Below are positions 1 to 11,177 of a stretch of 64,000 nt of DNA, one piece after another. Source of the stretch: Thermodesulfobacteriota bacterium (lineage in GTDB: Bacteria > Desulfobacterota > Desulfobacteria > Desulfobacterales > SURF-7); assembly GCA_049320885.1 (NCBI GenBank), contig JBMORA010000001.1:274622-338621 (forward strand), read 5' to 3'. The translations under genes and the position numbers were made by a program. The notes below the pieces were generated by a model. It was given only the letters and a program-made list of their open reading frames with translations, made no database searches and was not told where the DNA came from. The first letter of the stretch is position 1. Each line of letters opens with the position of its first letter.

Positions 1-2
1 AG

Positions 3-584
3 GAGAAACCGATCCCATCCTTTCTCTCCGTGGACGACATGTTCCGGCTGCTGGATGCCATGGAGACGGAAACCATGGCCGGCAAACGGAATCGCGCCAT
101 TTTTGAAACCCTGTATTCCAGTGGATTGCGGGTATCGGAACTCACCGGCCTGAATATGGGCGACATCGATTTGTATCGGCTTTCCCTGCGGGTCGTGGGG
201 AAAGGAAACAAGCAGCGGATCATTCCCATGGGCCGGAAGGCGGCGGATGCCATTCAGGACTATCTCCGCCGGCTTCAGGCGGAAACCGGATACATTCCGG
301 GCTCCGAGGACCCGGTTTTTGTCAATCTCCGGAAAGGCCGACTCTCCACGCGATCGGTTCAGCGGATCCTGGAGAAAATGGTGGCCGCTTGCGGGCTGGC
401 CGTCCCCATTTCACCGCATGGCCTGCGGCATACCTTCGCCACCCATATGCTGGACGCCGGAGCGGACCTGCGGGTGGTGCAGGAACTGCTGGGCCATCAA
501 TGTCTTTCCACCACCCAGAAATACACCCATGTCTCCATCGCGAAATTGATGGAAACCTATGACCGGGCCCATCCACGGAAATGA
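3..584 (+). CDS. xerC: Tyrosine recombinase XerC (5' end outside window)
   Basis: Frame is open to the window edge; YSSGLRVSEL, GKGNKQR, HGLRHTFATH and LLGH..TTQKYTH catalytic motifs; lies directly upstream of hslVU. Confidence 0.9.
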   Translation, partial: EKPIPSFLSVDDMFRLLDAMETETMAGKRNRAIFETLYSSGLRVSELTGLNMGDIDLYRLSLRVVGKGNKQRIIPMGRKAADAIQDYLRRLQAETGYIPGSEDPVFVNLRKGRLSTRSVQRILEKMVAACGLAVPISPHGLRHTFATHMLDAGADLRVVQELLGHQCLSTTQKYTHVSIAKLMETYDRAHPRK

Positions 585-605
585 CATGGAACAGCGGAGA
601 CGGAT

Positions 606-1139
606 ATGACGGATTATCATGGTACAACGGTCCTGGCCGTCCGCCGGCAGGGAAAAACGGTGGTCGCCGGGGACGGCCAGGTAACCCTGGACAAAACCAT
701 CATCAAGCAGAAAGCCAAAAAAGTCAGGCGGATATTCAATGACAAGATCATCGTCGGTTTCGCCGGCGCAACCGCCGATGCCCTGAATCTGTTCGAACGC
801 CTGGAAAAAAAGCTGGAGCGTTTCAACGGGAACCTGACCCGTTCCGCCGTGGAACTGGCCGGCGATTGGCGCACAGACAAATATCTCCGCCGCCTGGAGG
901 CGATCCTGATCGCCGCCGACGCTTCCCAGATGTTTCTGATTTCCGGCAACGGGGATGTCATTGAACCGGACGAGGGCTATATCGCCATCGGCTCCGGCAG
1001 TGTCGCGGCCCAGGCGGCCGCCGCGGCCCTTTTGCAACACACGGAACTGTCCGCCCGGGAGATTGTGGAGACCGCCATGAAAATAGCGGCCTCCTTGTGC
1101 ATTTACACCAATGACGTCATCACCATCGAAACGATCTGA
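606..1139 (+). CDS. hslV: ATP-dependent protease peptidase subunit HslV
   Basis: HGTTVLAV N-terminal Thr nucleophile; [15 protein letters not shown] and AIGSG motifs. Confidence 0.97.
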   Translation: MTDYHGTTVLAVRRQGKTVVAGDGQVTLDKTIIKQKAKKVRRIFNDKIIVGFAGATADALNLFERLEKKLERFNGNLTRSAVELAGDWRTDKYLRRLEAILIAADASQMFLISGNGDVIEPDEGYIAIGSGSVAAQAAAAALLQHTELSAREIVETAMKIAASLCIYTNDVITIETI

Positions 1140-1189
1140 CAAGCGGGTCAGGATCGGCGGATGATCCGGCAAGCCGCGAGGAATTCAAG

Positions 1190-2566
1190 ATGAGCGACCT
1201 AAAACCTGCTGAAATTGTAAAAGAACTCGATAAATATATCATCGGCCAAAACCGGGGAAAGCGTTCCGTGGCCATCGCCCTGCGGAATCGGTGGCGAAGA
1301 CGGCAGGTCGGCGAGGAGCTGAGGGACGAAATCGCCCCGAAAAACATCATTCTCATCGGCCCCACCGGAGTGGGCAAGACCGAGATCGCCCGCCGGCTGG
1401 CGAAATTGACGGATTCCCCCTTCTACAAGGTGGAGGCCTCCAAATTCACGGAAGTGGGCTATGTCGGCCGGGACGTGGAATCCATGGTTCGCGACCTGGT
1501 GGAACTGACGGTCAATCAGTTGAGGGTCCAGGCCCAGGAGGCGGTCAAGGACAAGGCCCGCCAGATCGCCGAGGAGCGCATGCTGGATCTCCTGCTGCCC
1601 AAAACCCAGGATCCGAAATCCACCAAGCTGGAAGACGGCAGGGAGGCGCCCCTGGGGCTGGTGACCGACAGCGGCGGCGAAACCCGTTCGACCCGTGAGA
1701 AACTGCGCCAGATGCTGCGGGCCGGGAAGCTCGACAGCCGCTTCGTGGATCTGGATGTGGCCGACCGGAGCATGCCGGTGGTGGAAATTTTCTCCAATGC
1801 CGGCATGGAGGAGTTGGGCGTCAACCTGAAGGACATGTTCGGCAGCATCCTGCCCCGCAACACCAAACGCAGGAAATACAAGGTTCCGGAGGCCATGGAA
1901 AACCTGATCCAGGAGGAAGCCAAGGGCCTCGTCGACATGGAACAGGTGGTCCGGACAGCCATCGAAAAAGTGGAACAGTCCGGAATCATCTTTCTGGATG
2001 AGATCGATAAAATCGTGGCCAAGAACGGCGGCGGTCATGGGCCGGACGTTTCCCGGGAGGGAGTCCAGCGCGACCTGCTGCCGATTGTCGAAGGCAGCGT
2101 GGTGACCACCAAATACGGTCCGGTGAAGACCGATCACATTCTGTTTATCGCCTCCGGCGCGTTTCACGCCTGCCGGCCCTCGGATCTGATTCCGGAACTC
2201 CAGGGACGGTTCCCCATCCGGGTGGAGCTGGAGCCCCTGGGCGCGGCCGAATTCGTGCGGATCCTGACGGAGCCGCGCAACGCCCTGCTGCTGCAGTACC
2301 TGGCACTGCTGCGCACCGAAGGAGTGGAAGTGGTGTTCGAGGATGAAGCCGTCGCCGCCATTGCCCGCGTCGCCGAGGAAGTCAACAGCCGCACGGAAAA
2401 CATCGGGGCCAGGCGCCTGCACACCCTCATGGAAAGGCTTCTGGAGGACGTCCTGTTCGAGGCGCCGGATCTGGCCGAAAAACGGATCGTCATCGACGCG
2501 GCCTACGTGGACAATAAATTGCGCGACCTCAAATCCAACGACGATCTGAGCCGGTTTATTTTATAG
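1190..2566 (+). CDS. hslU: ATP-dependent protease ATPase subunit HslU
   Basis: [15 protein letters not shown]alker [30 protein letters not shown]. Confidence 0.97.
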   Translation: MSDLKPAEIVKELDKYIIGQNRGKRSVAIALRNRWRRRQVGEELRDEIAPKNIILIGPTGVGKTEIARRLAKLTDSPFYKVEASKFTEVGYVGRDVESMVRDLVELTVNQLRVQAQEAVKDKARQIAEERMLDLLLPKTQDPKSTKLEDGREAPLGLVTDSGGETRSTREKLRQMLRAGKLDSRFVDLDVADRSMPVVEIFSNAGMEELGVNLKDMFGSILPRNTKRRKYKVPEAMENLIQEEAKGLVDMEQVVRTAIEKVEQSGIIFLDEIDKIVAKNGGGHGPDVSREGVQRDLLPIVEGSVVTTKYGPVKTDHILFIASGAFHACRPSDLIPELQGRFPIRVELEPLGAAEFVRILTEPRNALLLQYLALLRTEGVEVVFEDEAVAAIARVAEEVNSRTENIGARRLHTLMERLLEDVLFEAPDLAEKRIVIDAAYVDNKLRDLKSNDDLSRFIL

Positions 2567-2590
2567 CAACCCGAAAGAAGGGGAAAGCGG

Positions 2591-3484
2591 ATGACGCGGG
2601 AAAACAGCAAAGCGCCTGCCAGCGTGGCGGATATATTGGTGGAGTCGTTGCCGTATATACAACGGTTTTACGGCAAGACCATCGTGGTGAAATACGGTGG
2701 ACACGCCATGGTGGACGAACAGCTCAAACAGGATTTCACCCGGGACGTGACCCTGCTCAAATATATCGGTGTCAACCCCGTGGTGGTGCATGGCGGCGGT
2801 CCACAGATCAACAAGGTTCTCGACCAGATGGGGATCTGTTCCAAATTCGTCCGGGGCATGCGTCTCACCGATGAACCGACCATGGATGTGGTGGAGATGG
2901 TGCTGGGCGGCAAGGTGAACAAGGCCATTGTGGCCCAGATCAATCAGGCGGGCGGCAAAGCCGTGGGACTGAGCGGCAAGGACGGTTGCCTGATCCAGGC
3001 AAGGAAAATGCAGATCGTATATCAGGACGGCGACAAACCGCCGGAAATCATCGACCCGGGACTGGTGGGGGAAGTGACCCGGATCAACCCGGAAATCATT
3101 CATACCCTCACCGCCAGGGGGTTCATCCCCATCATCGCCCCGGTGGGAACCGGGGAAGACGGCGAGACATACAACATCAACGCCGATCTGGTGGCCACCC
3201 ATATCGCCGCAGCGATTTCGGCCGCCAGACTGATCTTTCTCACCGACGTCGACGGCGTCATGGATGCCGACAAAAACCTGATCACTTCCATCGCGGCGGA
3301 TCGGATACGGCGTCTGGTGGCCGACGGGACCATTTCCGGCGGCATGATCCCGAAGATCGAAACCGCCCTTGCGGCCATTGAGCAGGGTATTGAAAAAGTT
3401 CACATCATCAACGGCACGAGAAGGCATTCGCTGTTGCTGGAATTGTTCACGGACAAGGGTATCGGTACGGAGGTGACCGCATGA
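2591..3484 (+). CDS. argB: Acetylglutamate kinase
   Basis: [22 protein letters not shown] and GGMIPK motifs. Confidence 0.96.
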   Translation: MTRENSKAPASVADILVESLPYIQRFYGKTIVVKYGGHAMVDEQLKQDFTRDVTLLKYIGVNPVVVHGGGPQINKVLDQMGICSKFVRGMRLTDEPTMDVVEMVLGGKVNKAIVAQINQAGGKAVGLSGKDGCLIQARKMQIVYQDGDKPPEIIDPGLVGEVTRINPEIIHTLTARGFIPIIAPVGTGEDGETYNINADLVATHIAAAISAARLIFLTDVDGVMDADKNLITSIAADRIRRLVADGTISGGMIPKIETALAAIEQGIEKVHIINGTRRHSLLLELFTDKGIGTEVTA

Positions 3485-4656
3485 GCAGCGACATCATCAA
3501 AAAAGCGGACAAGGTCCTGGCAGGCACCTATGGACGGTTTCCGCTGGTGCTGAAAAAAGGCCAGGGTTGCCGGGTGGAAGATGTCGGCGGCAATAGCTAC
3601 CTCGATTTCGTGGCCGGTATCGCGGTCTGCAATCTGGGGCATTCCCATCCGGCCGTAATCCGCGCCCTGGGTGACCAGGCCCGGGAATTGTTTCACGTCT
3701 CCAATCTCTATTACACGCTGCCCCAGGTGGAACTGGCCGCGTTCCTTACGGCCAACAGTTTCGCCGACCGCGTTTTTTTCTGCAACAGCGGGGCCGAAGC
3801 CAACGAGGCGGCCATCAAACTGGCACGCAAATTTTTCAGCAGCAAAGGCGAAGAGCCTTTCCGGATCATCGCCATGGATAAATCCTTTCACGGGCGCACC
3901 ATGGCGACGTTGTCCGCCACCGGCCAGAAAAAAATCCAGGCCGGCTATGAACCCGTGCTGCCGGGATTCGATTTTGTGCCCTTCAACGATATCGAGGCCC
4001 TGCGCCAGGCCGTCACCCCCCTCACCTGTGCGGTGATGCTGGAGCCGGTGCAGGGCGAAGGGGGGGTTCGCTGTCCCTCCCCCGGCTATCTGAAAAAAGT
4101 GCGGGACCTCTGCGACGAAAAAGGGCTGCTGCTGATTTTCGACGAGATCCAGACCGGCATCGGCCGCACCGGGAAGCTCTTCGCCTACCAGCACGAGGGC
4201 GTCGAACCGGATATCATGACCCTGGCCAAGGCCCTCGGCAACGGCCTGCCCATCGGCGCCATGCTGGCCAGGGAAGCGGTGGCCGCCGCCTTTACACCGG
4301 GTTCCCATGCCTCCACCTTCGGCGGCACGCCCATCATCACGGCAGCGGCCCTCGCGACCCTCACCACCATCGTGGAGGAAGATCTCGCCGGACGCGCCGG
4401 GCAGATCGGCCGGTATTTTCAGGATCGGCTCGAATGGCTGAAAAGCCGGCACGATGTCGTGGAGGACGTGCGCGGCATCGGTCTGCTGCTGGGCATCAAA
4501 CTGAAGCACCCCGGCGCGGAGATCGTGAAAGCCTGCATGCAAAAAGGGTTTCTGATCAACTGCGTGCAGGATAGCATCCTGCGGTTCATCCCGCCCCTGA
4601 TCATATCCAGGGAGGATATAGATGCGCTGATTGCCTGTCTGGATGAAGTGCTCTGA
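3481..4656 (+). CDS. argD: Acetylornithine aminotransferase
   Basis: Class III PLP motifs [29 protein letters not shown]; inside the arg operon. Confidence 0.93.
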   Translation: MSSDIIKKADKVLAGTYGRFPLVLKKGQGCRVEDVGGNSYLDFVAGIAVCNLGHSHPAVIRALGDQARELFHVSNLYYTLPQVELAAFLTANSFADRVFFCNSGAEANEAAIKLARKFFSSKGEEPFRIIAMDKSFHGRTMATLSATGQKKIQAGYEPVLPGFDFVPFNDIEALRQAVTPLTCAVMLEPVQGEGGVRCPSPGYLKKVRDLCDEKGLLLIFDEIQTGIGRTGKLFAYQHEGVEPDIMTLAKALGNGLPIGAMLAREAVAAAFTPGSHASTFGGTPIITAAALATLTTIVEEDLAGRAGQIGRYFQDRLEWLKSRHDVVEDVRGIGLLLGIKLKHPGAEIVKACMQKGFLINCVQDSILRFIPPLIISREDIDALIACLDEVL

Positions 4657-4712
4657 TCGTGCTTTGATCCGGCATTTTTTGATTGTGCATTGACGCGGAA
4701 AGCGAGGCTGTT

Positions 4713-5648
4713 TTGAAAAAAGACATTCTAACCCTGTTTGACCTTGATAAATCGGATTTTGAGCTGCTGTTCCAGGAAGCCGCCGAACTGAAAGCCAGAC
4801 GGAAGCTCGGCATCGTCGAACATGCCCTGGCCGGGAAATCCCTGGGACTGATCTTTGAAAAACCATCCACGCGCACGCGGATTTCCTTCGAAGCGGCCAT
4901 GATTCAACTGGGGGGAACCCCGATTTTCATCAGCGCCAAGGACACCCAGATCGTCCGCAACGAACCGGTGCGGGACACGGCCCGGGTGTTGTCCCGGTTC
5001 ATCGACGCCATCGCCATCCGGACGTTTTCCCAGGACCTGCTGGAGGGCTTCGCCGAGTTTTCCACCATCCCGGTGATCAACGCCCTGACGGATATGTACC
5101 ATCCCTGCCAGATCCTGAGCGATCTCATGACCGTCATCGAATGCAAGGGCGGTTATCAAGGTCTCAAAATCGTCTGGGTGGGGGACGGCAACAATGTCGC
5201 CCATTCCTGGATCAACGCCGCGGCGGTTCTGGATCTCCATCTGGTCCTCGCCTGTCCGAAAGGATATGAGCCGGACAGGGCCGTCCTGGAAAATGCAAGG
5301 AGCGCCGGCACCGGGCGGATCACGGTGACCGACGATCCCATGGAAGCCGCAAAGGACGCGGATGTGATCTATACCGATGTCTGGGCCAGCATGGGGCAGG
5401 AGCGCGAACAGAACATCCGGAAAAATCTGTTCCGTCCGTATCAGGTGAACGCCGGGCTGGTGAGCCGGGCCAGAAAGGACGCCATCGTCATGCACTGCCT
5501 GCCGGCCCACCGCGGAGAGGAAATCAGCGAAGCCGTGCTGGAAGGACCCCAGTCGGTTGTCTGGGACCAGGCGGAAAACAAGCTGCATATGCACAAGGCG
5601 ATCCTGAAGGTCCTGTTGTCGCGAAACGCGGGCGGGTCGGGCAACTAG
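4713..5648 (+). CDS. argF: Ornithine carbamoyltransferase
   Basis: KPSTRTR, HPCQ and HCLPAHRG motifs; probable TTG start at 4713 after GAGG. Confidence 0.95.
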   Translation: MKKDILTLFDLDKSDFELLFQEAAELKARRKLGIVEHALAGKSLGLIFEKPSTRTRISFEAAMIQLGGTPIFISAKDTQIVRNEPVRDTARVLSRFIDAIAIRTFSQDLLEGFAEFSTIPVINALTDMYHPCQILSDLMTVIECKGGYQGLKIVWVGDGNNVAHSWINAAAVLDLHLVLACPKGYEPDRAVLENARSAGTGRITVTDDPMEAAKDADVIYTDVWASMGQEREQNIRKNLFRPYQVNAGLVSRARKDAIVMHCLPAHRGEEISEAVLEGPQSVVWDQAENKLHMHKAILKVLLSRNAGGSGN

Positions 5649-5711
5649 CCTGAAACCGGCCTGAAAACCCATAGACAACAATGAATACCCAATAGATAAG
5701 GAGAAACAACC

Positions 5712-6911
5712 GTGTCTGACGTAAAAAAAGTGGTATTGGCCTATTCCGGCGGTCTGGATACATCGGTGATCCTGAAATGGCTGGTGGAAACCTATCAATG
5801 CGAGGTCATATCCTTCTCGGCCGATATCGGTCAGGAAGAAGAACTGGAAACCATCGAGAAAAAAGCCCTGGCGACGGGAGCCGCCAAGGTCTACGTGGAC
5901 GACCTCCGGGAAGTCTTTGTGCGCGATTATGTGTTTCCGGCCTTCCGGGCCAACGCCGTTTATGAAAGTCAATACCTCCTCGGCACGTCCATAGCCAGAC
6001 CCCTGATCGCCAAACGCCAGATGGAAATCGCCGCGGCGGAAGGGGCGGACGCCGTCAGCCACGGCGCCACGGGCAAAGGCAACGATCAGGTCCGTTTCGA
6101 ATTGACCTACCTGGCCCATGATCCCCATATCCGCATCATCGCCCCCTGGCGGGAGTGGAATCTGAAATCCCGGACGGATTTGATGGCTTTCGCCGCCAGG
6201 CACGGCATCCCGGTGCCCACGACCCCCCAGAAGCCCTACAGCAGCGACCGCAACCTGCTGCACATCAGTTATGAAGGCGGTATTCTGGAGGAACCCTGGA
6301 ATGCGCCGCCCGACGATATGTATACCCTGTCCGTGTCCCCCCAGGCCGCGCCGGACAAGGCCGAAATCATCGAACTGACCTTCGACCGGGGCAATCCCAC
6401 GGCGGTGAACGGCAAAACCATGTCCCCGGCCGTGTTGTTGAAGGAGCTCAACGTGATCGGCGGCCGCAACGGCGTCGGGCGGGCCGACATCGTTGAAAAC
6501 CGTTTCGTCGGCATGAAATCCCGCGGTGTTTATGAAACCCCGGGCGGCACCATTCTGCGCACGGCCCATATCGCCATGGAATCCATCACCATGGATCGCG
6601 AGGTGATGCATCTGCGGGATTCGCTGATCCCCAAATACGCGGAACTCGTCTATTATGGTTTCTGGTTCTCGCCGGAAATGAGATTGCTCCAGGGGCTGAT
6701 GGACCAGGCCCAGGAAAACGTCTGCGGAACGGTTCGCCTGGAACTGTACAAAGGCAACGTGCGGGTGCTGGGACGCAAGTCGGATCGCTCCCTGTACAGC
6801 GCGGATCATGCGACTTTCGAAAAAGACAGCGTTTACCGGCAGAAGGACGCCGAAGGATTCATCCGGCTCAATGCCCTGCGGCTGAGAATCCAGAAACTGA
6901 TGAGCAAATGA
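5712..6911 (+). CDS. argG: Argininosuccinate synthase
   Basis: [23 protein letters not shown] and [10 protein letters not shown] motifs. Confidence 0.97.
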   Translation: MSDVKKVVLAYSGGLDTSVILKWLVETYQCEVISFSADIGQEEELETIEKKALATGAAKVYVDDLREVFVRDYVFPAFRANAVYESQYLLGTSIARPLIAKRQMEIAAAEGADAVSHGATGKGNDQVRFELTYLAHDPHIRIIAPWREWNLKSRTDLMAFAARHGIPVPTTPQKPYSSDRNLLHISYEGGILEEPWNAPPDDMYTLSVSPQAAPDKAEIIELTFDRGNPTAVNGKTMSPAVLLKELNVIGGRNGVGRADIVENRFVGMKSRGVYETPGGTILRTAHIAMESITMDREVMHLRDSLIPKYAELVYYGFWFSPEMRLLQGLMDQAQENVCGTVRLELYKGNVRVLGRKSDRSLYSADHATFEKDSVYRQKDAEGFIRLNALRLRIQKLMSK

Positions 6912-6918
6912 GGAAGTC

Positions 6919-8331
6919 ATGACAGACAAACCATGGGACGGAAGATTCGCCGAAAAAACGGATACCAGCGTTGAGACCTTCACGTCGTCGATCCAGGTGG
7001 ATAAACGCCTGTACGCTCATGACATAGCGGGCAGCATCGCCCATTCACGCATGCTGGCCAAGGCGGGGATCATTACCGACGACGAAGCCGCCGCGCTGAT
7101 CCAGGGCCTCGGCGAAATCAAACGCGAAATCGAACGCGGCAAATTCATCTTCGACGACAAACTGGAAGACATCCACATGCATGTGGAAAACGCCCTGACC
7201 CTGAAGGTCGCCAAGATCGCCCCCAAACTCCATACGGCCAGAAGCCGCAATGACCAGGTGGCCCTGGACACCCGGCTGTATCTGCGGGACCAGGTCCAGC
7301 TGCTCATCGGCCACCTGAACGCCTTCCGGCGCGTGATCGTCGACCTTGCCAAGGCCCATCTGGATATCATCATGCCGGGATATACCCATTTGCAGCGGGC
7401 CCAGCCCGTGCTGCTGGCCCACCACCTCATGGCGTACGTCGACATGTTCGGCCGTGACACGGAACGGCTGGAGGATTGCCTGAAGCGCCTGGATGTCAAT
7501 CCCCTCGGCAGCGCCGCGCTGGCCGGCACCACCTACCCCATCGACCGGGAATACACCACCCGGGAACTGCAATTTTCCCGGATGTCCGGAAACAGCATCG
7601 ATGCGGTCTCCGACCGGGATTATATCATCGAATTTCTCGCGGCGGCCAGCATCTGCATGGTCCATCTGTCCCGCCTGTCGGAGGAAATGGTGTTATGGTC
7701 CTCATCCGAATTCCATTTCATCGAGCTGCCGGATGCGTTTGCCACCGGCAGCAGCATCATGCCCCAGAAAAAGAACCCGGACGTCCCGGAACTGGTGCGG
7801 GGCAAGACCGGACGGGTGTTCGGCAATCTCATGGCGCTGCTGACCATCATGAAAGCCCTGCCCCTGGCCTACAACCGGGACATGCAGGAAGACAAGGAAC
7901 CGCTGTTCGACACCGTCGACACCCTGAAGGCCTGCCTGGAAATGTATATCAGGATGCTGCCGAAAATCATCTTCCGCAAGGAACGCATGGCCGCAGCGGC
8001 CCGCAGCGGTTTTTTGAACGCCACCGATATGGCGGATTATCTGGTCACCAAGGGAATGCCCTTCCGGGAAGCCCACGGTTGCGCCGGCAAGGCGGTGGCC
8101 TACGCCCTGGGATGCGGCAAGGAACTCCATGAACTCACCCTGGAGGAAATGCGCGGTTTTTCCAACCTGATCACGGAAGAGCTGTTTTCCTTCCTGACCA
8201 TTGAAAAGATGGTCGACCGGCGGAGATCCCACGGCGGGACGGCCAGGGAAAACGTGGCCGCCGCCATCCGGGCGGCCGAGGATCAACTCCAGTCCGGACA
8301 GATTTCCGGCCGAAGCTCCGGTGACGCGTGA
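6919..8331 (+). CDS. argH: Argininosuccinate lyase
   Basis: HTARSRNDQ, PGYTHLQRAQP and GSSIMPQKKNPD motifs. Confidence 0.97.
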   Translation: MTDKPWDGRFAEKTDTSVETFTSSIQVDKRLYAHDIAGSIAHSRMLAKAGIITDDEAAALIQGLGEIKREIERGKFIFDDKLEDIHMHVENALTLKVAKIAPKLHTARSRNDQVALDTRLYLRDQVQLLIGHLNAFRRVIVDLAKAHLDIIMPGYTHLQRAQPVLLAHHLMAYVDMFGRDTERLEDCLKRLDVNPLGSAALAGTTYPIDREYTTRELQFSRMSGNSIDAVSDRDYIIEFLAAASICMVHLSRLSEEMVLWSSSEFHFIELPDAFATGSSIMPQKKNPDVPELVRGKTGRVFGNLMALLTIMKALPLAYNRDMQEDKEPLFDTVDTLKACLEMYIRMLPKIIFRKERMAAAARSGFLNATDMADYLVTKGMPFREAHGCAGKAVAYALGCGKELHELTLEEMRGFSNLITEELFSFLTIEKMVDRRRSHGGTARENVAAAIRAAEDQLQSGQISGRSSGDA

Positions 8332-8801
8332 AAACGCGGTTGACATGGGCGGCGCTGCTGGTCGTCATCTGTCTGGTCTGGCTTGGCTGCGGGAAGAAAA
8401 CGCCACCGGTGTCGCCGACGGGCTTGAAGCTCCGGGCGGTGGAAGATCTGGCGGCGAAGGCGGAGGGCTGCAACGCAACCCTGAGCTGGACCATCCCCAG
8501 CGGCGGCGATGATGAACTGTTGACGGGATTCGACATTTACGGCGGCACGCAACAATTGTCCGGGCCCCTGTGTCCGGATTGTCCGGTGACGTTCTGGCGG
8601 ACCGACCGCCTGCGGTTGGATCAGCTGACCGCTGTTGAAAAAAGGGACGGCCGGATCGTTTACCGGAAAGCCTGCGAATGCGGGAACCGGTATTTTTTCA
8701 AGGTGGTCGGTTTTACCGACGGCAACGTCCTCAGCCCGGAGTCCAATGTCGTCCGCATTGAACTGCAACCACCGGCTGAAAAAGCCGGAACACCAAAATA
8801 A
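8328..8801 (+). CDS. Putative lipoprotein with CPDCP motif
   Basis: Signal peptide with lipobox WLGC followed by GKKTPP; GTGA overlap with the argH stop. Confidence 0.7.
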   Translation: MKTRLTWAALLVVICLVWLGCGKKTPPVSPTGLKLRAVEDLAAKAEGCNATLSWTIPSGGDDELLTGFDIYGGTQQLSGPLCPDCPVTFWRTDRLRLDQLTAVEKRDGRIVYRKACECGNRYFFKVVGFTDGNVLSPESNVVRIELQPPAEKAGTPK

Positions 8802-8828
8802 TGGAGAGGTTTCATCCAGACGGGTCCA

Positions 8829-9344
8829 ATGCCGGATAACCATACCGCTTACGTTTCCTTCGGCTCCAACATGGGCGACCGGGAAACCAACTGCCGCCGC
8901 GGCGTCGAGGCCCTGTCCCGGACCAGGGGCGTGGCCGTCATGAAGCGTTCACCGCTCTATCAGACATCCCCGGTGGATTTTTTGGACCAGGGCTGGTTTG
9001 TCAACGGCGCCCTGAAGCTGAAAACGGCGTTGACGCCGTTTGAACTCCTCCGCGCCCTGAAAGAGATCGAGCGGTTTGTCGGAAGGGAAAAGCCGCTGGT
9101 CCGGTTCGGCCCCCGGGTCCTGGACATGGATATCGTTTTGTACGGCGCCGAGGTTGTCCATTCGCCCGAACTGGTGATCCCCCATCCGCGCATGCACAAA
9201 AGAAGTTTTGTATTGCAGCCGCTTTGTGATATAGATGCGGATATCATTCATCCGGTGTTCGGTAAGAGCATCCGGTATTTGCTGGATCACTTGCATGATG
9301 ACAGTCAGAAGGTTTGGTCCTTCCCATGTTCCGATTCATCCTGA
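8829..9344 (+). CDS. folK: 2-amino-4-hydroxy-6-hydroxymethyldihydropteridine diphosphokinase
   Basis: FGSNMGDR, RFGPRVLDMDI and PHPRMHKRSFVL motifs. Confidence 0.95.
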   Translation: MPDNHTAYVSFGSNMGDRETNCRRGVEALSRTRGVAVMKRSPLYQTSPVDFLDQGWFVNGALKLKTALTPFELLRALKEIERFVGREKPLVRFGPRVLDMDIVLYGAEVVHSPELVIPHPRMHKRSFVLQPLCDIDADIIHPVFGKSIRYLLDHLHDDSQKVWSFPCSDSS

Positions 9345-9586
9345 TCATCGCCATCGTTTACCTGGGGCTGAAAGTGTACAAAGCCTGGAAGGTATATCTA
9401 ACCGGTGCAAACCGGTCGATGAACGGGCAGGCGGCGCACCGGATCGATGATATCATGGTGAAGGATCCGTATTGCCAGGTATATTTCCCCAGGCGCAACG
9501 GCATCCGCGTGATGGAAGGCGGGCGGGAACTCCATTTCTGCAGCCGGGAATGCCGGGACAAGTACATGGAAATGAGAAAAAAATAA
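9326..9586 (+). CDS. Small membrane-anchored TRASH/YHS-like metal-binding protein
   Basis: N-terminal hydrophobic helix; MVKDPYCQVY...HFCSREC. Confidence 0.75.
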   Translation: MFRFILIIAIVYLGLKVYKAWKVYLTGANRSMNGQAAHRIDDIMVKDPYCQVYFPRRNGIRVMEGGRELHFCSRECRDKYMEMRKK

Positions 9587-9616
9587 TCATTAGAAAGATT
9601 CAGGAGGTTGTATTCA

Positions 9617-10261
9617 ATGAAATTTTTTATCGACACGGCCAATATCGACGAAATCAAGGAAGCCCACCGCATGGGGATGGTGGACGGCGTGACCACCAAC
9701 CCCTCCCTGATCGCCAAGGAAGGCGGCAATTTTGAGACCATCATCCGGGACATCTGCGCCATCGTCGACGGGCCCATCAGCGCGGAAGTGCTCAGCCTGG
9801 AAACGGACGGCATGGTCACGGAGGCCCGCAAGCTGGCTGCCATTCACGAGAACATCGTGGTCAAGATCCCCATGACCGTGGACGGCATCAAAGCCACCCG
9901 CCTCCTGAGCGAGGAAAAGATCAAGACCAACGTCACATTGGTGTTTTCGCCGCTCCAGGCCCTGATGGCGGCCAAGGCCGGCGCCACCTATGTCAGCCCC
10001 TTCGTGGGCCGTCTGGACGACCTGTCCCAGGACGGATTGGTGCTGGTGGAACAGATCATTCAGATTTACGACAACTACGCCTTCGACACCGAGGTGATCG
10101 TGGCCAGCGTCCGGAATCCGCTGCACATCCTCGAATCGGCCATGATGGGGGCGGATATCGCCACCATTCCGTTCAATGTTCTGAGCCGCCTGGCCGCCCA
10201 TCCCATGACCGAGAAAGGCCTGGAGACCTTCTTGGCCGATTGGAAAAAAGCGAAAAAATAA
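9617..10261 (+). CDS. fsa: Fructose-6-phosphate aldolase / transaldolase family protein
   Basis: [20 protein letters not shown] and YVSPFVGR motifs; AGGAGG RBS. Confidence 0.92.
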   Translation: MKFFIDTANIDEIKEAHRMGMVDGVTTNPSLIAKEGGNFETIIRDICAIVDGPISAEVLSLETDGMVTEARKLAAIHENIVVKIPMTVDGIKATRLLSEEKIKTNVTLVFSPLQALMAAKAGATYVSPFVGRLDDLSQDGLVLVEQIIQIYDNYAFDTEVIVASVRNPLHILESAMMGADIATIPFNVLSRLAAHPMTEKGLETFLADWKKAKK

Positions 10262-10293
10262 GCAGGCTCGGAAAGCCTGACAGGACCGTGAAC

Positions 10294-10860
10294 ATGCTTC
10301 ATTGGGAACGCATTAAAAAAATCATCCAGAATCCGAATTTTCTGACTCTTTTCCGCATGGCCAGCAGCTTGTTCATCCTGTTGCTGCTGTTGCGCCCCAA
10401 CCGGCTGACGGCCTTTCTGGCGGCCCTGCTGTTCAGCCTGGCGGCGATCACCGATTTTTTTGATGGGTTTTTTGCCAGACGCTATGGCACGGTTTCCAAT
10501 TTCGGCAAGGCCATGGACCCGTTGGCGGATAAACTGCTGGTTTCCACCTCCCTGATCATGATGTCTTCCCACGGCTGGATTCCGGCCTGGATCGCCTGCA
10601 TCATCATCGGCCGGGAAATCGCCGTAACCGGACTGCGCAACGTCATCGCCGGCCGCGGGGAAGATATCGCCGCCTCCCTGCTGGGGAAATACAAAACCGG
10701 GTTTCAGATTGCAGCCATCATACCGTTATTGCTGCATTATCCATATTTCGGACTGCGCTTTCACCTCATCGGGATATGGCTGCTGTGGGGCGCCCTGATT
10801 TTCACCCTCTGGTCCGGGGCGGACTATTTTTACCGCTTCAGAAGACTTTTGGAAAAATAG
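10294..10860 (+). CDS. pgsA: CDP-diacylglycerol--glycerol-3-phosphate 3-phosphatidyltransferase
   Basis: PNFLTLFR and TDFFDGFFAR...GKAMDPLADK CDP-alcohol phosphotransferase motif; followed by Gly and Cys tRNAs. Confidence 0.93.
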   Translation: MLHWERIKKIIQNPNFLTLFRMASSLFILLLLLRPNRLTAFLAALLFSLAAITDFFDGFFARRYGTVSNFGKAMDPLADKLLVSTSLIMMSSHGWIPAWIACIIIGREIAVTGLRNVIAGRGEDIAASLLGKYKTGFQIAAIIPLLLHYPYFGLRFHLIGIWLLWGALIFTLWSGADYFYRFRRLLEK

Positions 10861-10871
10861 TCGATTTGGTA

Positions 10872-10900
10872 TTGACAAGCATTTCATGACAGGTTAGAAA
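10872..10900 (+). promoter_or_regulatory. Sigma70-type promoter for the tRNA-Gly/tRNA-Cys pair
   Basis: TTGACA-N17-TAGAAA ending 13 nt before tRNA-Gly. Confidence 0.65.
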
Positions 10901-10913
10901 GGTTGCCTGTTGA

Positions 10914-10988
<75 letters not shown>

Positions 10989-11002
10989 TTTTTTTTGGTG
11001 CG

Positions 11003-11077
11003 GGCGGCATAGCCAAGTGGTAAGGCATCGGTCTGCAAAACCGACACTCTCCGGTTCAAATCCGGATGCCGCCTCCA
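11003..11077 (+). tRNA. tRNA-Cys (GCA), canonical 7/5 fold
   Basis: GGCGGCA/TGCCGCC acceptor stem, U73, anticodon arm TCGGT-CTGCAAA-ACCGA, encoded CCA. Confidence 0.98.
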
Positions 11078-11086
11078 AGGGTGATC

Positions 11087-11130
11087 AAGGCTTGCAAGGG
11101 AATCAAACCTTGCAAGCCTTTTTTGTTTTT
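11087..11130 (+). terminator. Intrinsic terminator after the tRNAs
   Basis: AAGGCTTGCAAGG / CCTTGCAAGCCTT hairpin followed by a T tract. Confidence 0.9.
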
Positions 11131-11177
11131 CGGGACATCCAGTCCCAGACGGGGCAGGAAGGTCTCCTATCCTCCCT

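Noticed and set aside
3..584. Phage or island integrase
   Set aside because: Its position upstream of hslVU and its motifs fit housekeeping XerC; there are no att sites or mobile cargo.
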